Of a stretch of DNA of 64,000 nucleotides, positions 59,169 to 64,000 are shown in pieces. The notes under the pieces are model-generated. The model was given only the letters and a program-made list of their open reading frames with translations. It ran no database searches and was not told the DNA's origin. The stretch is taken from contig JBBIPP010000008.1 of NCBI GenBank assembly GCA_037442745.1, positions 690-64,689 on the forward strand. Reading direction: 5' to 3'. The stretch comes from an archaeon (GTDB lineage: Archaea; SpSt-1190; DYHY01). Every line of letters begins with the position of its first letter. Positions within the stretch are counted from its first letter, which is position 1. The position numbers and the translations under genes were made by a program.

Positions 59169-59838
59169 GCTTGAAGGAGAGCTTTTTCGAATCAAACCCC
59201 TTCCCGAGATATTTCTCAATATAATCGACTGCGCCCCTTTTAGGGACAACTCCGGCATCCAGGAAAAGGGCAATTTCTCCGGCAACTGCAGAGGGGGTTT
59301 TCCCGGTAGTATCAACCTCGACAACTTTTCCCTTTCCGAACTTTTCTTCGGATTCTATCAGGCATGAATCGAGGATTTCGGCAACAATGTTTTCCGCTCT
59401 CTTCTTTTCGCTATATTCCCTTTTCATCAGGCGCCTGTCCAATTCTTTTGGCTCGCACCTGAGAACAAAGACCCAATCAGGTCTGTCCGCCAATTCGTGG
59501 GAATAGTGGCTCTCTACAATATGGCCTTTTGAAAGCAGGCCTTTCTTTTTCAGATACTCCCGGGTTTTCTTGATGTCTGTTATTGCGGAATTCCTCTCCT
59601 TGTCGAATCCGGAGGAGAGCGTTTTCTTGTTCCGAACTACTATTTTTCCGACTTCAACCGGTTTATGGGAAATCAATTTTGCAAGCGCTTTGGAGACCGA
59701 GGACTTGCCCGTTCCGACAGAACCGGTTATCAGGATTAGGGCTTTCTTCCCCCTATTTTTTCCTAGGGGTTTTCCACGATTTTTCCCCATAGGAGGCCTT
59801 TTCTTTCCCATCTGTTCTGGCGGAAACCCCCTTTGCAA
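59158..59838 (-). CDS. P-loop nucleotide kinase, Fap7/adenylate-kinase-like
   Basis: Walker A 'ILITGSVGTGKSS'. Probable start at 'MGKNRGK'. Confidence 0.55.
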   Translation of the reverse strand: MQRGFPPEQMGKKRPPMGKNRGKPLGKNRGKKALILITGSVGTGKSSVSKALAKLISHKPVEVGKIVVRNKKTLSSGFDKERNSAITDIKKTREYLKKKGLLSKGHIVESHYSHELADRPDWVFVLRCEPKELDRRLMKREYSEKKRAENIVAEILDSCLIESEEKFGKGKVVEVDTTGKTPSAVAGEIALFLDAGVVPKRGAVDYIEKYLGKGFDSKKLSFKLKP

Positions 59839-61615
59839 CTATTAAAGCATATAGGGAAAATCCGGCGGAAAGTAGTGAGAGGAGGAGGCTCGCTACCAAG
59901 ACGAGATTGGTTGCATTGGCATTTCCGTCTTCCCCAGAAGAGAAGATTGGCGCAGGAAGGACAAACGATGGGGATTTTTCTTCCGCTTTTTTAGGGAATG
60001 AATTGAATGCAGTCTCTGTTTCAAAAGCCCTTATTGCTAGGAAAAGGGAGGAGCGGGCGTCCGTCTTCGAGTTCAGGATACTCGCCTTGTGGGAGAGGTA
60101 TTTCGAATGCTTCCAATAGTTGAGCGCCCAGGGGTTTTTCCAGGAGAGCCCGGACGAATTGTCCGGAAAAATCTCCTTTGCCTTGCCAATTGTTTCGGCA
60201 AGGGTCCCAGAGAAGCTTTCCGACTGGGAATATGCGGAAGAATCCGCAGAATCGAGGATTGAGGCAAGATAGAGCCCTCTCTTGAAGGCTCCAGTTGCCA
60301 AAATGAGGGACCTCTCCGCAAGATAGGCGTCCGCTCCGAGGCTTTTCGCCGATGCCAGGTCTAAATATGCGGCCTCAATCGCTTTCTCTGCCTTGTTCTT
60401 CAGGGAGCTGTTCGGTATTTCAATTCCCCCAGTTTCATTCGGAACAACCGAGAGCATTTCCCTCGAGGCATCGAGCCACTCGATTCCTGAGGAGAGGACG
60501 TAAGGGTCGTCCGGATTCTCCTCGAAATAGCTTAGCGCCCAGGAATATCTCTGGAATGCCGAGCCCAAAAGTGGCATTTTTTCCACAGGGATTTTTCCGC
60601 TCGAATTCGCAGAGACAACCAAAGGCTCGACCTCGGAACGCTTCCTGAAGAACTCTTCCTTCAGGCTCTCAATTGGCCAGGAAAGCTTTGAATTGACTGA
60701 TACCAGGAACGCCTCGTTTGCAGCAGTGTAGAAATAGTTAATTCCGTGGAACTCTTCCGCCCGAGCCAACCCCTCCACAGCAGTCGAATTCCCAGAAAGA
60801 AGGCGGGCCCGCAAAATCCCCCTACTCGAAATATCCCGAAGCGCTCCTTCCAATGAAGGAAAATACTTCTCCGGAAGGAGGGGTATTTCCTCAATCTGGC
60901 TTCCGCCAATCCTTCCGGAGAAACCCGGGAGGACGAACGGGATTGCCTCGTTAATATTCGATATTTCAATTACCAAGAGGCCTAGGTCGGAAGCCCCGTA
61001 AGAGACAACATCAGTTCGTATTGTCCTCTCCTCTTCAATAACAACCCCCCCTTTCTCAGGGAGTTTCCTTGTCTCAAAATAAGTCTGGTATCTCGTGCCT
61101 TTCGGGATTAAGAAGACTTTTGCTCCCGCGGACTTTGCCGCCCGGGCCTTTTCAAGAATCCCCCCAACAGGGCCAATTGCTCCGTCCGACTCTAGCGTCC
61201 CAGTAATTGCTACTGACGAGTTGATTTCAATTCCGGAGACTGCGGAGACAATCGCAAGCGCAAATGCTGCGCCGGCGGAGGGGCCGTCAACAGTCCCGGA
61301 ATCGGACTTTACTGTCAGGACAATGTCTGTTCCCGAGAGGTCGAAAGATAGGAGCTTTTCTGCAACCTCCCGCGATATTCTCTCGGAATTCTGGGTGTCA
61401 ATCCCTATGAATGGTTCAGTTGATATCAAGGTCCTTCCGGTCCCAGGGAAGCTCTCGACAATGACTGCAGTAATTACTCCGGAGCCGTTCGATGATACTG
61501 CGGGCACAGCGATTTCTGAAGAATTCCCGCCGGAAAAGGAGAACGCCTGCAAGGGAAGGAGAATGACTAACAAAAAGAGGCAGACTGCGGCAGACCGCTT
61601 TTCCAAGAGACCCAT
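59753..61615 (-). CDS. secreted Lon-like S16 serine peptidase domain protein (no AAA+ module)
   Basis: Signal peptide and 'TVDGPSAGAAFALAIVSA' (Lon catalytic Ser) plus a '...KARAAKSAGAK' Lys dyad region. Confidence 0.6.
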   Translation of the reverse strand: MGLLEKRSAAVCLFLLVILLPLQAFSFSGGNSSEIAVPAVSSNGSGVITAVIVESFPGTGRTLISTEPFIGIDTQNSERISREVAEKLLSFDLSGTDIVLTVKSDSGTVDGPSAGAAFALAIVSAVSGIEINSSVAITGTLESDGAIGPVGGILEKARAAKSAGAKVFLIPKGTRYQTYFETRKLPEKGGVVIEEERTIRTDVVSYGASDLGLLVIEISNINEAIPFVLPGFSGRIGGSQIEEIPLLPEKYFPSLEGALRDISSRGILRARLLSGNSTAVEGLARAEEFHGINYFYTAANEAFLVSVNSKLSWPIESLKEEFFRKRSEVEPLVVSANSSGKIPVEKMPLLGSAFQRYSWALSYFEENPDDPYVLSSGIEWLDASREMLSVVPNETGGIEIPNSSLKNKAEKAIEAAYLDLASAKSLGADAYLAERSLILATGAFKRGLYLASILDSADSSAYSQSESFSGTLAETIGKAKEIFPDNSSGLSWKNPWALNYWKHSKYLSHKASILNSKTDARSSLFLAIRAFETETAFNSFPKKAEEKSPSFVLPAPIFSSGEDGNANATNLVLVASLLLSLLSAGFSLYALIVAKGVSARTDGKEKASYGEKSWKTPRKK

Positions 61616-61690
61616 TTACATTGAGATTCCCCAAGAAGCTGTATTAAAACCCTTTTTATTGAGACAAATTTTATAAGCAACTTTTTCCAG

Positions 61691-62212
61691 TTGCATTCAA
61701 TGGAAACAACACTTGTAGGATTTTTGGTCGGACTGGCAATTGCCCTCGGACAGTTCGTTTTCGGGCTTGTTTTGTCCCTGGCATCAGTTTACATCGGAAT
61801 AAAGGCTTTCGACAAAATGACTGTCGGAATTGACGAGATGAAGGAAATCAAGAAAGGTAACCTCGCCGTAGGAATTCTTATTACCGCGGTAATTTTTTCA
61901 ATTGCGACAGTTGTGCAATCAGGAGTTGCGGGAGTCTCCTCCGCAATTGTTGGGAAGACCTTGGCCCAGATACCCCTCGCCCTCCTGATGGGGCTAGTCC
62001 AGCTTGCAATCGGCCTCGTATCTGCAGTTCTCTCAGTATACCTCTGCATAAGGGTTCTTGACGCAATAACAACCGACATTGACGAAATGAAGGAGCTCAA
62101 AAAGGGGAACGTGGCAGTTGCAATTCTCATGGGCGGAGTCCTTATATCGGTCGCGTTCGTTGTGCAGGCGGGAATCTCCGGAATCTCGATTGCGCTCTCG
62201 GCCCTTATCTAA
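61691..62212 (+). CDS. DUF350-type membrane protein with internal duplication
   Basis: Two homologous halves ('...GIDEMKEIKKGNLAVGIL...' / '...DIDEMKELKKGNVAVAIL...'). Confidence 0.5.
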   Translation: MHSMETTLVGFLVGLAIALGQFVFGLVLSLASVYIGIKAFDKMTVGIDEMKEIKKGNLAVGILITAVIFSIATVVQSGVAGVSSAIVGKTLAQIPLALLMGLVQLAIGLVSAVLSVYLCIRVLDAITTDIDEMKELKKGNVAVAILMGGVLISVAFVVQAGISGISIALSALI

Positions 62213-62363
62213 GGCTGGCTGGCCCAATAGAACAAAAAGGGATTTCTTTGCCCCTGCCTTGAAGGGCGGAAGCCGTTCTTCCCCCGAGGCAGGGATTAAT
62301 CCCGAAAACATTATGACAATCTAGGCTGGCTTTACATTCCCCTAGAATCTTATTTTTCCAATT

Positions 62364-63005
62364 TCATGGAGCTTTCGCCAGTGAATCGATTACCCCGTCC
62401 TCAAGAATTGTCTTTATCTTGTCCTTTGTAGTCGGTCCTCCGTGGCCCGGGAAAATGTGGTCGAACCTCTTTATTGAGAGTAGTTGAAGAGACTTTTTCA
62501 GGGCTTCTTTATCCCCTGTCGGAAAGTCGTATCTCCCGACCGAATCTGCGAATACAGTGTCCCCTGAAAAGAGTATTCCGGTCGATGAGAGGATGCAGAC
62601 AGAGCCGGCAGTATGTCCGGGAGTGTGTATTATTGCGAGCTTTCCGTTCCTCGTCTCAATAGTTTCGCCGTCCTTTAGCTTGTGGTCGATTTTCGGAAGA
62701 ATCTCCTTTTTTGCCATCCTCGCAAGAGTGACTCCGTCGTTCATTTCCTCGACATGGACAGCGTCTTTCCCGTGCATACAGACCCTGGCTTCAGTGAAGA
62801 GCTCGTTTGAGACAATGTGGTCATAGTGGCAGTGGGTGTTTATTATCAGGCGGATTGTTTCCGGGGCAATTCCCAGCCTTCTGAGAACCCCGAGTATCCT
62901 CTCATCACATCCGGGGTCTATCAGTATCCTAATTGGCTCGTCCAAAACGAGATACGAGTTGCAGGAGATTCCCGTGCTCGGGAGCGGGATTACCTCGAAA
63001 GCCAT
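62364..63005 (-). CDS. MBL-fold metallo-hydrolase
   Basis: 'INTHCHYDH' HxHxDH motif, downstream His/Asp ligands. Confidence 0.7.
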   Translation of the reverse strand: MAFEVIPLPSTGISCNSYLVLDEPIRILIDPGCDERILGVLRRLGIAPETIRLIINTHCHYDHIVSNELFTEARVCMHGKDAVHVEEMNDGVTLARMAKKEILPKIDHKLKDGETIETRNGKLAIIHTPGHTAGSVCILSSTGILFSGDTVFADSVGRYDFPTGDKEALKKSLQLLSIKRFDHIFPGHGGPTTKDKIKTILEDGVIDSLAKAP

Positions 63006-63008
63006 TCC

Positions 63009-63302
63009 CTATTCCTCCTCTTCCTTTGCAATCTGCCTTTTTGCCCAGTCAATTATCTTTTCAGGAGGAATTGAAGTGTCCTGCGACATTTCCATACACT
63101 CCAACTGTATTGAGTTAACTATTCCTAGAATGTTCCTGTTCCTTAGCGTGAAATTTATGTTGAAGAGGGAATTCCCCTCTCCGGCCTTTTCCCGTAGCCT
63201 TTTTCTTTCGGATTCGAAGAACTCTGATATTTTCTTCCTGCTTTCACCCAATTTTTTTAGATGATCTGAACCAGTTTCATCAGCCATTGCCCAGCAATCC
63301 AC
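63009..63302 (-). CDS. hypothetical protein (97 aa)
   Basis: ORF abutting the MBL hydrolase gene. Confidence 0.3.
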   Translation of the reverse strand: MDCWAMADETGSDHLKKLGESRKKISEFFESERKRLREKAGEGNSLFNINFTLRNRNILGIVNSIQLECMEMSQDTSIPPEKIIDWAKRQIAKEEEE

Positions 63303-63325
63303 CTTTCTTGATATAAATCAATTGT

Positions 63326-63916
63326 TCAAAAAACAAGCCTGTAGATTGCCGGGACAATTACAAACGCGGCGAAAACCCTCTTTCCAATGCCGAGCCATCC
63401 TGCGAGGACAGAAATAGCAGTTGCAAGAACGAATAATGCGAGCCCGGACGGGCCAGAGAGAAATCCGACAAGGCCGAAGAGAATCAAAAGGGAAATTTCC
63501 TCAAATGCCCGAAGGCTCAGTTTTCCGCAGGAAAACAATTCCATGAGCGGTTTTGACAGCAGGACAAGCGCGAGGAAGGAGAGGGCGACAGTAAGGAGGG
63601 AGGCTACAACAGTTCCCGGACCGATTTCCCTTGAAAAGCCTGCCTCAAGGAGTGTCGAGATTGACCCGCTACGCTCAAGTCCGAGAAGGGAGAATGAGGA
63701 GAGGGAAAAGAGGAATGTCGAGATTCCGCCGGAGACTGCAAGGGAGAGGAAGCTCTCCGAATCGTTCTCCCGGAAAAGCCCGGAGAAGACTGATGCCACA
63801 ACCGAGACTGTCAACGCCGGAAAGGTTCCGACGAAAAATCCGGCAATTGACCCGAGAAAGCAAGGGAAAATAAGGGAGCCGATTTCCGGGGATTTTCCGG
63901 AGCGCCCGGATTTCAA
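63326..63916 (-). CDS. polytopic membrane protein
   Basis: Hydrophobic ORF of 196 aa. A further minus-strand membrane ORF continues to the window end. Confidence 0.3.
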   Translation of the reverse strand: MKSGRSGKSPEIGSLIFPCFLGSIAGFFVGTFPALTVSVVASVFSGLFRENDSESFLSLAVSGGISTFLFSLSSFSLLGLERSGSISTLLEAGFSREIGPGTVVASLLTVALSFLALVLLSKPLMELFSCGKLSLRAFEEISLLILFGLVGFLSGPSGLALFVLATAISVLAGWLGIGKRVFAAFVIVPAIYRLVF

Positions 63917-64000
63917 TTTCTTGACGGATTTGCCCGAGAAAAGGATTGCCGCGACAATCGGAGCTCCCCCGAAGAAGCCGGAGAATGCCGGGAAAAGGGA

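Overview
The window is an archaeal contig with a compact, small-genome architecture that may be DPANN-like (inference). Archaeal markers are an Sm–L37e pair, S8e, L10e, TFE, an archaeal-type adenylate kinase, class-III-signal pilins, and tRNA-Ala alone in the 16S–23S spacer. It opens with an rRNA operon: 16S – tRNA-Ala(TGC) – 23S. The 23S is interrupted in domain V, near the peptidyl-transferase centre, by a ~750-bp ORF-less intervening sequence that carries a 12-bp tandem repeat and several perfect hairpins. The rest is housekeeping and accessory genes: a short AlaRS, TyrRS, SerRS, topoisomerase IA, a ChlI/MoxR-like AAA+ ATPase with a vWA partner, two tandem B12-radical-SAM paralogues, SOD, ferredoxin, HAD, SDR, site-2 protease and SppA. 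There is also a surface/appendage locus (S-layer-like protein, archaeal pilin, a 790-aa Thr-linker glycoprotein) and a ribosomal/Sm cluster. The most notable accessory system is an MmeI-like Type IIG restriction-modification gene. Its ATG is followed by a (TC)6 dinucleotide tract that leaves the nuclease N-terminus out of frame, as in a phase-variation switch. Directly downstream is a Doc/Fic toxin gene overlapped (ATGA) by a 58-aa ORF. Four minus-strand tRNA genes (Gly, Thr, Ala-GGC, Lys) are each accompanied by short direct duplications of their own termini, including a 2 × 58-bp tandem array that re-copies the tRNA-Lys 3' end plus CCA. Several genes are decayed: UppP (frameshift plus in-frame TGA at a conserved Gly), a PD-(D/E)xK-like gene next to tRNA-Thr, and a gene with an in-frame TAG. 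The standard genetic code is used, since TGA, TAG and TAA all terminate confident genes. No CRISPR array and no 5S rRNA were found.
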